Assembly (NCBI GenBank): GCA_900753325.1
Contig: CAADYO010000001.1
Coordinates: 66,546 to 130,545 of the forward strand
Length of the DNA: 64,000 nucleotides
Source: Bacilli bacterium
Lineage (GTDB): Bacteria; Bacillota_I; Bacilli_A; RF39; UBA660
Direction of reading: 5' to 3'
Shown piece after piece: positions 28,191 through 38,360 of this stretch. Each line of letters starts with the position of its first letter. Within the stretch, counting starts at the first letter, position 1. A model generated the notes under the pieces. That model saw only the letters and a program-made list of their open reading frames with translations, was not told the DNA's origin and did not search any database. Made by a program: the position numbers and the translations under genes.

Positions 28191-29564
28191 TTATTTATTA
28201 TATTCTTCTATTAGACCAATGAATTCCTTTTGTAGTTCTTCAAGTCTTTCTTCCGTTTTCGCTTCAAATCTAGCAGTTATATTAGGGCCCGTGTTAGAAG
28301 CTCTAACTAGTGCCCAACCATCATCAAATAAAACTTTTACACCATCAATATCTAGGAATTTATAATCTTTACTTTTGGCATATTCTGCTACTTTATCAAT
28401 AATGGCAAACTTTTTATCATCCGAACTTTTAAATTTTAATTCTTCTGTTGAATAGTAGTTATTAATTCCAGAAAGTAATTCTGTTACTGTTTTATCGGTA
28501 TGAGACAATATTTCTAATAAACGAAGTCCGGCATATAGTCCTGAATCAAATCCCGGCCAGCGATCTCTAAAGTATACATGTCCAGATAGCTCTCCACCAA
28601 ATGGTAAATCTTCATCTCTTACTTTAGCTTTTGTATATGAGTTTCCAGTACGATAACATAGACCTTTTCCGCCTAGTCGCTCTATTTCATCACTAAGCGA
28701 CTTAGAACATTTTACATCATATAAGAATTCTTTTTTAGCAACTTTATTTATAATGTCTCTAACTATGATAATCATATATTGATCAGTTGGTATAAAGGTT
28801 GACTTTTCTGATACTACACCTAGTCTATCACCATCACCATCAAAACCTAAGCCAACGTCAGCTCCTAGTTCTTTTACTTTTTCTTTTAGTTGAGTAAGAT
28901 TATCTTCAACACAAGGATCTGGATGATGATTTGGGAATCTGCCATCACTTTCACCATTGATTACATGTAATTCCATTGGGAACATTTCATATAATTCTTT
29001 TGCGATAATACTTGTTGTTCCATTACCTGGATCAATTACGACTTTTAAGTTTCTATTTCCAAAGTGTAAATTAGTTTTGAATAGTTCTAAATATTCATCA
29101 CGGATACTGTAGTCAGTTACAGTACCTGTTCCTTTTTTAAAGTTGCCAGCTTTTATATAAGCTAAGAAGTCTTGAATTTCTTGCCCTTTACAGTTTCCAG
29201 ACTCATCAAAAGCAAATTTTAAGCCATTATCATCTTTAGGATTATGTGAAGCTGTTACCATAACACCTGATGGTATTCCTAATTTTATACAAGCATAATA
29301 ATACATTGGTGTTGTACATAAACCTAGAGAAATTATATTAACACCAGTTTCTGTTATACCTTTAATCAAAGCATTATATAAACTTTCTCCTGATAAGCGA
29401 TTATCGTGACCAATGACGCAAGTTGTTTTACCTATTGTTTGAATATAACTACCAAAACCTAATCCGATAGTATATACTGTATCTTCATCTAATTCAGTAG
29501 GATAAATTCCTCTAATATCATATCCTCTAAATATATTTTCATTTATATTTTCTTTTATCTTCAT
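28191..29564 (-). CDS. Phosphomannomutase/phosphoglucomutase (alpha-D-phosphohexomutase family)
   Basis: The 457-aa ORF has FRGYDIRG near the N-terminus, a TASHNP active-site Ser loop, GFDGDGDR (the Mg-binding loop) and a sugar-binding GEL/E-SGH region. Confidence 0.8.
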   Translation of the reverse strand: MKIKENINENIFRGYDIRGIYPTELDEDTVYTIGLGFGSYIQTIGKTTCVIGHDNRLSGESLYNALIKGITETGVNIISLGLCTTPMYYYACIKLGIPSGVMVTASHNPKDDNGLKFAFDESGNCKGQEIQDFLAYIKAGNFKKGTGTVTDYSIRDEYLELFKTNLHFGNRNLKVVIDPGNGTTSIIAKELYEMFPMELHVINGESDGRFPNHHPDPCVEDNLTQLKEKVKELGADVGLGFDGDGDRLGVVSEKSTFIPTDQYMIIIVRDIINKVAKKEFLYDVKCSKSLSDEIERLGGKGLCYRTGNSYTKAKVRDEDLPFGGELSGHVYFRDRWPGFDSGLYAGLRLLEILSHTDKTVTELLSGINNYYSTEELKFKSSDDKKFAIIDKVAEYAKSKDYKFLDIDGVKVLFDDGWALVRASNTGPNITARFEAKTEERLEELQKEFIGLIEEYNK

Positions 29565-29633
29565 ATTATTCCTCCTATCATCAATTATATCACATTAATT
29601 TTTTTTATGTTGAGATGGACATTTTTTTACAGA

Positions 29634-29660
29634 AAAGAACTGTATTTTATTACAGTTCTT
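29634..29660. terminator. Intrinsic terminator hairpin abutting the histidine kinase stop
   Basis: The hairpin AGAACTGTA-ttttat-TACAGTTCT has a 9-bp perfect stem and T/A-rich flanks on both sides. Confidence 0.5.
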
Positions 29661-31625
29661 TTAAATATTTCCTGTTTCTACTTTTATATCATTTTCTTCG
29701 CCTATTACAATTCCTTCTACATCCTTAAATCTATCGACTGTTGGATCATAAACTGGAACTTCATCTTTTATTTCTGGTGATGTTGCTAGAAATTTATCTA
29801 ATTTTAATTTAATCTGATCTTTACTAAAAGGTTTGGCAATATAATCGGCGAATCCTTCATCAAGATATTTTTGTTCACATCCTGATATAGCGTCTGCTGT
29901 TAAAGCAATTACTGGTGTTTTAAACAATGGATTCTTCTTTAATTCTTTTAAAGCTGTTTCACCTGACATAATTGGCATCATAATATCCATAAGAATTAAG
30001 TCATACTTTCTTCCTAAATTGATTTTATTAAGACATTCTTGACCATTTTCGCATTCATCTATTTGAAGATTGAATGAAGCTAGGGCACGTTTCGCAACTT
30101 TAATGTTTAGTTTGTTATCATCAACTATTAAGATTTTTTTATCACTGTAGTTGACTTCTTTTAGTCTAAGTGCTATTTCTGTTGTATTGATTAGTTGTGT
30201 ATCAGTTAATGGCTTGGTTTCAAAAGATATTTTTTGTGGAAGTTGGACCATAAAGATAGAACCTTTTCCATAACTACTTTGAACATTTATTTTTCCGCCC
30301 ATCATTTCAACTAGCTTCTTGGTAATAGCAAGTCCTAAGCCAGTTCCTTCAGCTGTGGAGCTTTTTTCAATGTCTAAACGTTCAAATTTGGTGAATAATT
30401 TATTAATATCTTCGGCTTTTATTCCACGCCCAGTATCTTTTACAGTTATTATTAATAAACAGTCACTACCCTGATTAATACATTTAGTAGTAAATTCAAC
30501 TGTACCAGAATCTGTATATTTAATAGCATTTGATAATAAATTATTAATTACTTGCTTTACATGAATTCTGTCTCCAATTAATTGATATGGGATATCTTCA
30601 GCAATATTAGTTTTTAGTTCTAATTGCTTATCACAAATTCTAGTAGCATTTACTTTAGCTAAAGTTTCAGCCTCTTTACGATAATTATAGGTTGTGTCAA
30701 TTATTTCTAATTTGTCACTTTCTATTTTATTAATATCCATGATGTTTCCAACTATTTCTAGTAAAGTACGAGAAGCAGCTACTACATCGTCTAAATCTTC
30801 TTTCATATTACTTGGAATATCTTCTCTTTCGGCCATATCTTCAGATAAGCCAACAATGGCATTTAGAGGTGTTCTAATTTCATGAGACATACTTGATAAG
30901 AAATCACTTTTAGCATGATTGGCTTTTTCAGCTTGTTCTTTTGCAATATTTAATTCCGCTATCATTTTTAAATCCGGATTTTCAATAGTAAAGAACATAA
31001 TTAGATTAACATAGGCCATTACAAATGGTTCAAATATAATACTTGGAAACATAGTTCTTATAAATACACCACATACAAGTAGGAAAAGCATTGTATATAT
31101 TGGTATATATTTTTTATTAGTAATTTCTATTTTTCTGGTTGCTATAGAAATCAGTGCTATTGTTATAATTCCAATTATTAAAATAATAGTATTGATAAAG
31201 GCAATTGAATAGGAAACACCAGATGAATCAAGAATTTCATTTGTATTTATAACATCAATTTTGGAAAAAACAATTAATAATGCAAAAACTGTATTTATTA
31301 TTATAACACTTTTCGCAAAAATTGAATCTTTCACTTCTCGCCCTATAGATATTGTATATACATATAATAATAAATACATTATCCAATAAGTAATAAATAA
31401 ATAGTCAAACTTTAGTAAAGTACCTACTAAATCAACACTTACGCTTGGAACTTTTTTTGCTATAACAATGACTACTAAATCATATACAGCTTGACATATA
31501 TTAATGGCTAGTAATTTATGATATAATCTTGTTTCTTCATTATTGGCATTCCTTTTTGTTCTAAAAATTACATTAACTAATAATGTAATTAAAAATGTTG
31601 CAATAGGAAAATATATACAACTCAT
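29661..31625 (-). CDS. Hybrid sensor histidine kinase with a polytopic (about 6-7 TM) N-terminal sensor, HisKA, HATPase_c and a C-terminal receiver domain
   Basis: The 654-aa ORF has an H-box ([11 protein letters not shown]). It has N/G boxes (NAIKYT, DTGRGI, GTGLGL). The receiver has LIVDDN, LMDIMMP and the conserved Lys in AKP. Confidence 0.8.
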   Translation of the reverse strand: MSCIYFPIATFLITLLVNVIFRTKRNANNEETRLYHKLLAINICQAVYDLVVIVIAKKVPSVSVDLVGTLLKFDYLFITYWIMYLLLYVYTISIGREVKDSIFAKSVIIINTVFALLIVFSKIDVINTNEILDSSGVSYSIAFINTIILIIGIITIALISIATRKIEITNKKYIPIYTMLFLLVCGVFIRTMFPSIIFEPFVMAYVNLIMFFTIENPDLKMIAELNIAKEQAEKANHAKSDFLSSMSHEIRTPLNAIVGLSEDMAEREDIPSNMKEDLDDVVAASRTLLEIVGNIMDINKIESDKLEIIDTTYNYRKEAETLAKVNATRICDKQLELKTNIAEDIPYQLIGDRIHVKQVINNLLSNAIKYTDSGTVEFTTKCINQGSDCLLIITVKDTGRGIKAEDINKLFTKFERLDIEKSSTAEGTGLGLAITKKLVEMMGGKINVQSSYGKGSIFMVQLPQKISFETKPLTDTQLINTTEIALRLKEVNYSDKKILIVDDNKLNIKVAKRALASFNLQIDECENGQECLNKINLGRKYDLILMDIMMPIMSGETALKELKKNPLFKTPVIALTADAISGCEQKYLDEGFADYIAKPFSKDQIKLKLDKFLATSPEIKDEVPVYDPTVDRFKDVEGIVIGEENDIKVETGNI

Positions 31626-31675
31626 TTGCTACACCTCTTATTTTGTTACTATTTGTATTTAGTATAGCAGAACAA

Positions 31676-31804
31676 ACGACAAATTTCAATTTATAAATTT
31701 CAATTTGTCGTTTAATCGTCACCAATCAAATTTCCTACTTTACAAAATAGAATAACCTATATTCTCCATAGACTTAAATTTGCAACAGTCGCTGTCGTAC
31801 TAAT
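31676..31804. repeat. IS200/IS605-family right-end (RE) region downstream of the tnpB remnant; copy 1 of a 2-copy repeat
   Basis: This stretch shares about 85% identity over about 90 nt with 49133..49222. It contains a subterminal palindrome GACAAATT...AATTTGTC and lies immediately 3' of the tnpB zinc-ribbon coding end. Confidence 0.55.
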
Positions 31805-31822
31805 TATTTTATTTATATTTCT

Positions 31823-32465
31823 TTAACTATTTTGACAATGTATTCTTAATTCTTCAAACATAATATTTATACTGGCATTTATATCTCTATCATTTTCGCA
31901 TCCACAATTTAAACATGTCCAGTTTCTAACTTCCAAATTATTTGTTTCTTGTGTTATTTCATCACAATGACTACATTTTTTACTGCTTGGAAAGCATGTA
32001 TCTACTTGATAATAATATTTTCCAAGTAAATTACTTTGCCATTGAAGCATTTGATATATTTTATTAAAAATGACATCTAGTATATTTTTAGCTAAATTGT
32101 GATTACTACTCATTTCTTTAACATTTAATTTTCACTTACAATGATGTCATGTTATTTTACTTAACACAGGTCCTACTTTGTCAAATATAACGCTTACATA
32201 ATATTTATTTTTTGTCTCTTTTTCTACAGTCGCATTTATTATTCTACCATTAATTTTTTCTAATTTTCTATAACCTCTAACATCTACAAATTCAAGTTTT
32301 GGTAATTTTATCTTTTTATTTTTTAAATCTTGGATAATTCGTTCTTTTAGAAAAATAATTTTTAAAACTATCTTCTAAATTGAAAACAACACATCTCAAA
32401 CTACAAGAGTCTACTTCCTTTAAGAATGAATATTCGATATATAAACTTTTTATTTCGCTACACAT
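31823..32465 (-). pseudogene. Degraded IS200/IS605-family tnpB (OrfB) remnant
   Basis: The 96-aa ORF ends with the TnpB zinc ribbon (CSHCDEITQETNNLEVRNWTCLNCGCENDRDINASINI). Upstream, in two other frames, are ...FLKEVDSCSLRCVVFNLEDSFKNYFSKRTNYPRFKK and IKLPKLEFVDVRGYRKLEKINGRIINATVEKETKNKYYVSVIFD, which match the TnpB middle region. It is interrupted by stops and frameshifts, and the N-terminal and RuvC parts are missing. Confidence 0.65.
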
Positions 32466-32487
32466 AATAAATAAAAAAATGCATTTT

Positions 32488-33441
32488 TTAATCTTTTCTT
32501 ATTAAAAATGCATTTTCTTTTTTAGGTATTAGCTTTTTTGTAAACTGGTATACTTCATTTGCAGAAGTTACACCTTTTTCTCTATATGTTCTTGCCTCAA
32601 TTATGTCACGATTATATACTGGCCATTCGCTTAGTTTTTGATCAACAAATCTTTCATAATAATTCGAATCAAAGTCTCTACGGTCACCTTTGCCTGTACT
32701 TTCCCATACTTCGTATTTAAGAGTTGCCATCTCATCTCTTAAAGCATCCTTGGCTTCGCTTTCATTTTCTTTTGTATAATCACCTTCTGGAATATAGTCT
32801 GACACTTCAAAGTTTTTTCCTATATTGACAATAAATTCATCGCCATATTGTTCCATACCTATTGGGATTATTGTGGCGTTTGTTCTATAAGCCATTTCTA
32901 TTATTCCAGGATATAATGGAAGTATTGGTCTACATGGGTCCAAATTCCAAATTCCTTCAGGATACATTAATATATTGCCACCTTGTTCAAGAACTCTTAC
33001 GGCAGTTTCTTTAGCTACGTGCCTATCGCTTTTTGAATTTGTATCGACATAGACAGTACCATTTAAATCGGCAGCAAATCCATCAAAATTTCTGTACATT
33101 GTTTCCGGATCACCGCAAAGTATGTGGGCTTGTTTGGGCGTTGCCTCACAAACAATTTCCAAGTCATATCTTCCTATATGACTAACAGCATAGATAATTG
33201 GTCTTTTATTTTCGGTGTGTGATTTATCATCAAGCAGTTCTAGTTTTCTACCGGTGAAAATTCTTTGCAAACGCAGTGCTTTTACTAATAATGGTTTTAT
33301 AGTTTGTCTAAATTTAATACCTTTTATTTTTTCACCTTTTAGGTATACATATTCTCTTAAATCTCGATAATAATCTATCATTTCTTCATTTGACATTCTC
33401 ATTATTTCAAATTCTGATACAGGTTTAAAACCGTCTTTCAT
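32488..33441 (-). CDS. Acyltransferase of the LPLAT (PlsC-like) family
   Basis: The 317-aa ORF has an HX4D motif (SHIGRYD) and a YPEG motif (ILMYPEGIWN). Confidence 0.55.
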   Translation of the reverse strand: MKDGFKPVSEFEIMRMSNEEMIDYYRDLREYVYLKGEKIKGIKFRQTIKPLLVKALRLQRIFTGRKLELLDDKSHTENKRPIIYAVSHIGRYDLEIVCEATPKQAHILCGDPETMYRNFDGFAADLNGTVYVDTNSKSDRHVAKETAVRVLEQGGNILMYPEGIWNLDPCRPILPLYPGIIEMAYRTNATIIPIGMEQYGDEFIVNIGKNFEVSDYIPEGDYTKENESEAKDALRDEMATLKYEVWESTGKGDRRDFDSNYYERFVDQKLSEWPVYNRDIIEARTYREKGVTSANEVYQFTKKLIPKKENAFLIRKD

Positions 33442-33718
33442 AATAAGTCCTCTTCCTTCTCGAATGGCTGTATTATAGCATATTTTTTTCTACTGGTCAA
33501 TTATAATGTAGCTTCTTGAGTTACATTATTTATGGTTTCTTAGTGTTTGTTAATGGCTAGATAATATAATACAACAGCATTATAAGTTGATGGCATAATA
33601 CTTTTTTTCTAGTATAGCTTATTTTTCAAAAATTATCTTCCTTTTTATGTATAAGTTATTTTCTTATATATTTTTATTTAGATTTTGTCTTCTTAATAGA
33701 AAAAACAGTTACAGAGAA

Positions 33719-34450
33719 TTATAACTGCTTTTGCCTTTGTTCTTTTTTCATTTGTCTTGCTTCCTTTGCTTTATTAATAAGTTCTCTCATTATATCTCTA
33801 AATTTATGTGATTTATCTTTAGCGTGTGGGAAGGCATTTATTAAACGTTTTGTTAAGAAGTTGTTGTGTAACTCTTCAACTATTTTATTTTTTACCTCAC
33901 CTGTATTATCTTCACCATACCTTTTGAAACTTTTATTGAATTTTATAACTGTACCTCCTGATATTATGGTATCTGTATAAAATATTATTGAAAGAATGAT
34001 ACTTATAGTCATTAAGACATTGTTTGGTAAAAGTAAGATTAAACTTTCCAGCCATGGATTTATGTATCTAACTACTAATACACCAGCCAAGCCAAATAAA
34101 ACTCCATTTTGTAGACAGATTCTGCCATTAATGTTAAATTTTTTATTTGAGTAGTCCCACCAACGTAGGTGAAATATTTTTTCAGCTATTAAACTACATA
34201 AATATTCTATAGTTAGGCAAACAATCATACTCATTATAAATAAAGCGATTATATCATTTTTATATTTTTGAAGAGCGAGAATCATAGCAATACTACTATA
34301 TCCAAATATAGGAATATATGGTCCTATTAAAAAGCCTCTATTTAAAACTATTTTCTTTTCTATTAAACTTACTGATGTTGATTCAACAATATAGCCAATA
34401 ATTGAATAAATAAAGAATAATAAAAACAAATTATAATAATTATACTCCAT
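33719..34450 (-). CDS. Polytopic membrane protein, possibly putative ABC-transporter type IV (CmpB/DUF1113-like)
   Basis: The 243-aa ORF has 5-6 TM helices. It has a conserved-looking HLRWWDYS...NINGRI motif and a basic C-terminal tail. Confidence 0.4.
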   Translation of the reverse strand: MEYNYYNLFLLFFIYSIIGYIVESTSVSLIEKKIVLNRGFLIGPYIPIFGYSSIAMILALQKYKNDIIALFIMSMIVCLTIEYLCSLIAEKIFHLRWWDYSNKKFNINGRICLQNGVLFGLAGVLVVRYINPWLESLILLLPNNVLMTISIILSIIFYTDTIISGGTVIKFNKSFKRYGEDNTGEVKNKIVEELHNNFLTKRLINAFPHAKDKSHKFRDIMRELINKAKEARQMKKEQRQKQL

Positions 34451-34463
34451 AATGAATTCCCCT

Positions 34464-35216
34464 TTATATTAATTGTGATAATAGTAGTAAAACAACTCCT
34501 ATAGTTATACCAACATAGCTTGTTTTCTTATCTGATGATGCTTTCACTCTTGGTATTAATTCACTTGTAACAATGAATAATAACATACCTAATGTTAGTG
34601 ACAGAAGTACTCCTAAAAGTATGGAACTTATGGTTGTTAGATTTAGGAAGAACATTATTAATCCTCCTAGGAAAGTTGACAACGATACAAAGCCTATAAT
34701 ACTTAAAGTTTTCCAAATATTATCATTACTTTGATAGAATGTGGCAGCTATTACCATACCTAATGGTATATTATGAAAGCCTACTCCCAAGGTTACAGCT
34801 AAACCTAACTTGCTATCAGTAAGGAATGTTGAATAAACAGCCATTCCTTCAATAATATTATGAAGTACTAATGCACAGGATGTAATCACACCAATATGAA
34901 TTAGATTTTCTTTATAATCTTTTTTTGTCATGGAACTTTCTTCATGATCAGGAATAAAATGATCGAGAAGTTTTAATATTCCATAACCTATAACGGTACA
35001 TATTATAAAAATAAAGATGTGCTTAATGCCTAAATTTTCAATTATTTCTGGTAAAAGGTCTGTTATTAATAACATGCCAATGACACCTAGAGCTAGACCG
35101 ATTGAAAAGTCTACTACTTTATCTTTTTTCTTTACTAGGAAAGCAAGAAGTGAACCGATTATTATAAACACTCCTAGTAATAAGGTGGTTAGTAATCCTA
35201 TTTTTGCATTATTCAT
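34464..35216 (-). CDS. ZIP-family divalent metal transporter (ZupT-like)
   Basis: The 250-aa ORF has HNIIEGMA and GFHNIPLGMVIA motifs (the HNxPEG-type signature of ZIP transporters) and about 8 TM helices. Confidence 0.7.
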   Translation of the reverse strand: MNNAKIGLLTTLLLGVFIIIGSLLAFLVKKKDKVVDFSIGLALGVIGMLLITDLLPEIIENLGIKHIFIFIICTVIGYGILKLLDHFIPDHEESSMTKKDYKENLIHIGVITSCALVLHNIIEGMAVYSTFLTDSKLGLAVTLGVGFHNIPLGMVIAATFYQSNDNIWKTLSIIGFVSLSTFLGGLIMFFLNLTTISSILLGVLLSLTLGMLLFIVTSELIPRVKASSDKKTSYVGITIGVVLLLLSQLI

Positions 35217-35217
35217 A

Positions 35218-36030
35218 TTATACTCCTATCATTATTAAAACTATTATAGCTAATATTAGACGATAAATCATGAATATTTTAAAATCATGTTTGTGTAAGT
35301 ATTTTAATAAGTATTTTATACATAGCAAACCGACGCCAAATGATATTAATACACCTAGGACAAAGGTTAAAAGATTAGCTCCGATAACAGTCCAAGTAGC
35401 TTTTTTAAATAGTTGAAGGACTAGGGCTCCACAAACTACTGGTGCACTTAAATAAAATGAAAACTTAGCAGCATCTTCACGATTAATTCCTAATGTTCTA
35501 CCTGCTGCGATGGTTGTACCAGATCTTGAAAAACCGGGAATTAGTGCTAATACTTGGCTACAACCAATTATAATAGCATCTTTTACGGTCATCTTTTTAA
35601 TACTTTTGTCTGATTTGCTATATTTATCTGCTAGATAGATAATTATACCCATTATAGCTAAAGCTAAAGCTATTATAACGTAATTATTTCTAATAGTATT
35701 TTCAATAACATCTTCAAATAATACTCCAGTAATTGCTGCTGGTATAGTTGCAACTATTAAATACCAAAAAATTTTACCTTCATCATCTTTTACACCTTTC
35801 GTAATGCCTTTACTTATCATATTGATGAAGTCTTTAAAAAAGTATATTCCAATTGCTAACAGAGTCCCAAAATGAAGGGCTAAGTCAAAAGTTAGAGCCA
35901 AATGGGCGTCCATTCCTTTGCCAATTCCAAATAAATCTCTAAATATTATTAAATGAGCTGATGAGGAAATTGGTAAAAATTCAGCAATCCCCTGAATAAG
36001 ACCTAAAATTATAATTGATATAAAATCCAT
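35218..36030 (-). CDS. uppP: Undecaprenyl-diphosphatase (UppP/BacA)
   Basis: The 270-aa ORF has the N-terminal motif GLIQGIAEFLPISSSAHLII and a C-terminal PGFSRSG motif. Confidence 0.85.
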   Translation of the reverse strand: MDFISIIILGLIQGIAEFLPISSSAHLIIFRDLFGIGKGMDAHLALTFDLALHFGTLLAIGIYFFKDFINMISKGITKGVKDDEGKIFWYLIVATIPAAITGVLFEDVIENTIRNNYVIIALALAIMGIIIYLADKYSKSDKSIKKMTVKDAIIIGCSQVLALIPGFSRSGTTIAAGRTLGINREDAAKFSFYLSAPVVCGALVLQLFKKATWTVIGANLLTFVLGVLISFGVGLLCIKYLLKYLHKHDFKIFMIYRLILAIIVLIMIGV

Positions 36031-36041
36031 GTATTCATCTC

Positions 36042-37667
36042 CTAATTTTCAAATATTGGCATTATGATTGGTACAACGTGTTTTTTACGTGAAACACATT
36101 TTGGTATGAAGTATCCTTCAGTTATGTCTTCTTTATTATGAGCTAATGTTAAAATATCTTTACCTTTAGTGTTAAATATTACATAACTACCATTTTTAAT
36201 AATATCGGTAACGTATAGAGCAACTAATCCATAATTATTAGCTTCACTTACTTTATCTAGAACATGAACGTATTCATTCATATCTTTTTCTATCTCCTCA
36301 AAGTTCATAGTGAAGAATTGACCAATAGCAAATTTCTTGTCATTAACCGTATAAATTTTAAAGTCATTATATAAAACGTCTTCTTTACTCATTCCTTCTA
36401 GTGAAGTACCTGCTTTTAATAAATCCATTCCATATTTTTGATAGTCAACACCAGCTATTTTTGATAAATAGTTAACTGCTTCTACGTCCATTGGTGTTGC
36501 TGTTGGACTTTTCAATATTAAAGTATCAGATAATATTCCTGATAAAAGTGCCCCAGCTATTTCTCTTGGCATTTCAATACTTTTTTCTTTAAACAAAGAG
36601 TAAACAATTGTACAAGTTGAGCCAACAGCCATATTTCTGAAATTAATTGGACTATTCGTTGTGATACTACCTAGGTTGTGATGGTCTATTATTTCTACTA
36701 TGTCTGATTCTTCTAAACCTTCTACGCTTTGTAACTTTTCATTATGATCAACTAAAATTACACGCTTTGGATGTTTTTCAGATAAGTCTGTTATTCTTAG
36801 TAGTCCTAGACATTTATTACGGGTATCAACAATTGGATAATTAGTATGTTTTAGTTTATTATTAACATCAACAACGTTATCAACAAATTCTGTTACTTCA
36901 AACTTAGTAGGATTATTACATCTTAGCATAGTTTTAATGTAGTTTGCTAAAGTTATTAATCTAGTTATGTGATATGTTGGATATGGAGTTCTTATAACAT
37001 TAACTTTATTTTTACGGGCGATTTCTAAATGTTCTTCCTTTATTTCAGAATCTCCTGATAGTATTAATAGTTTTACTCCAGAATTAACGGCATATTCAAT
37101 GACACTGTGGCGATCTCCAACAATTAAGACCATATCTCTTTCTAATTTAACATTCTCAATGATTGTTGTACTACGATATGCAGCTACTAAGATACGACCT
37201 ATTATTTCATCATCAAATTTTAATAGTTCTTCTCCTTTTAACACATGGATTATATTTTTGTATGATGTATATAAGTCTTCTGTGTTTTCATTTACAATAG
37301 TATGTGATAAGTCTTTTAAAGTAATTAATCCTGTAAAATAATTTTTATCATTGATAACTGGAAGTCCTGTTAAATTTTCAGCAATCATTTTTTGATATCC
37401 ATTATAAATAGAATCATTTTCTTTAATAAAAAAGCCTTTGTGATAATCAATATCTTTTAATTGCAATTTTACATCATTTAAATACTCTGGTGCTGGTAAA
37501 TTAAAGTATTTTAAGGCATAAGCAGTTTCTTTATTTACATCTCCTAATATTCTTGGTTCAGTATTCTCACCTAATTTATTTTTTAAATAAGATAATCCTA
37601 TGGCAGACATTACTGAATCACTATCTGGTTTTTTATGACCGAAAATATATGTCTTTTGCATATTCAT
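36042..37667 (-). CDS. CBS-domain-containing family II (DHH/DHHA2) inorganic pyrophosphatase
   Basis: The 541-aa ORF starts with N-terminal YIFGHKKPDSDSVMSAIGLSYL (DHH). It has an internal CBS pair, a DHH core (DHHN) and a DHHA2 C-terminus. Confidence 0.7.
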   Translation of the reverse strand: MNMQKTYIFGHKKPDSDSVMSAIGLSYLKNKLGENTEPRILGDVNKETAYALKYFNLPAPEYLNDVKLQLKDIDYHKGFFIKENDSIYNGYQKMIAENLTGLPVINDKNYFTGLITLKDLSHTIVNENTEDLYTSYKNIIHVLKGEELLKFDDEIIGRILVAAYRSTTIIENVKLERDMVLIVGDRHSVIEYAVNSGVKLLILSGDSEIKEEHLEIARKNKVNVIRTPYPTYHITRLITLANYIKTMLRCNNPTKFEVTEFVDNVVDVNNKLKHTNYPIVDTRNKCLGLLRITDLSEKHPKRVILVDHNEKLQSVEGLEESDIVEIIDHHNLGSITTNSPINFRNMAVGSTCTIVYSLFKEKSIEMPREIAGALLSGILSDTLILKSPTATPMDVEAVNYLSKIAGVDYQKYGMDLLKAGTSLEGMSKEDVLYNDFKIYTVNDKKFAIGQFFTMNFEEIEKDMNEYVHVLDKVSEANNYGLVALYVTDIIKNGSYVIFNTKGKDILTLAHNKEDITEGYFIPKCVSRKKHVVPIIMPIFEN

Positions 37668-37718
37668 TCCTTCTTTCTTTTTTATCTAAAAAAGGGAAGA
37701 TTCCCTTTATTACTATAT

Positions 37719-38207
37719 TTAATGTCGAAGTAATAAAATTAGTAAAAACGTTCCAACTATTTTTACATGTTGTTTTATAACTCTCCCTTGCTCAAATATT
37801 GCAGAGGCATCATCAACAAAATCAACAATCCAACCTTCCATGTATTTAGGTGGTGTGAATGTTATTGGAAACATATGTGTTTTTATAATATCTATTTGTT
37901 TCTCATTTAGTTTAAAGTATTGGGTAGCATTTTTAACAGCAATACCAGGGTGTTTACGAAGTCTTACTACGAAGTTCTTATCACTGACTTCTTCTTGGAA
38001 AAAATCATGTAATAAGGCTGCTATAGTTGACTCTTTATAATCTAGGTGTAATATTTTGGTAATTTTATATGTATAGTAGGCAACCCGAACGGAATGCTCA
38101 TATCTATTAATTCCGTGATGTTTCACCTTTTTTAACTTTTGAAACTCTTTGTTATTACTAACTTCACAAATAATTTTGTTAAATTCATTGTCTTGATATA
38201 TCTTCAT
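37719..38207 (-). CDS. HD-domain phosphohydrolase
   Basis: The 162-aa ORF has H...HSVRVAYYTYKI...LLHD metal-binding residues. Confidence 0.6.
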   Translation of the reverse strand: MKIYQDNEFNKIICEVSNNKEFQKLKKVKHHGINRYEHSVRVAYYTYKITKILHLDYKESTIAALLHDFFQEEVSDKNFVVRLRKHPGIAVKNATQYFKLNEKQIDIIKTHMFPITFTPPKYMEGWIVDFVDDASAIFEQGRVIKQHVKIVGTFLLILLLRH

Positions 38208-38360
38208 TATCTAGCCTCTATTTATTCTATTCAAACCTTTTCTATATAATAATAACATAATCCCTTATTTTGTTAAAACGATAACTACTGTTAGGCCTTT
38301 CTCTTGACAATATTTGACATTTAATAGGAACGATGAAATATTATATCATTATTTGTTTTA

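Noticed and set aside
31823-32113. The 96-aa ORF treated as an intact small zinc-ribbon gene
   Set aside because: It is the C-terminal piece of a TnpB. Further TnpB-like segments lie upstream in other frames, so it is annotated as part of a pseudogene instead.
33442-33718. 277-bp intergenic region upstream of the LPLAT acyltransferase as a possible riboswitch or sRNA
   Set aside because: I could not recognise a conserved riboswitch core (no obvious T-box, SAM, FMN or TPP motifs) and see only AT-rich sequence. It is left unannotated.
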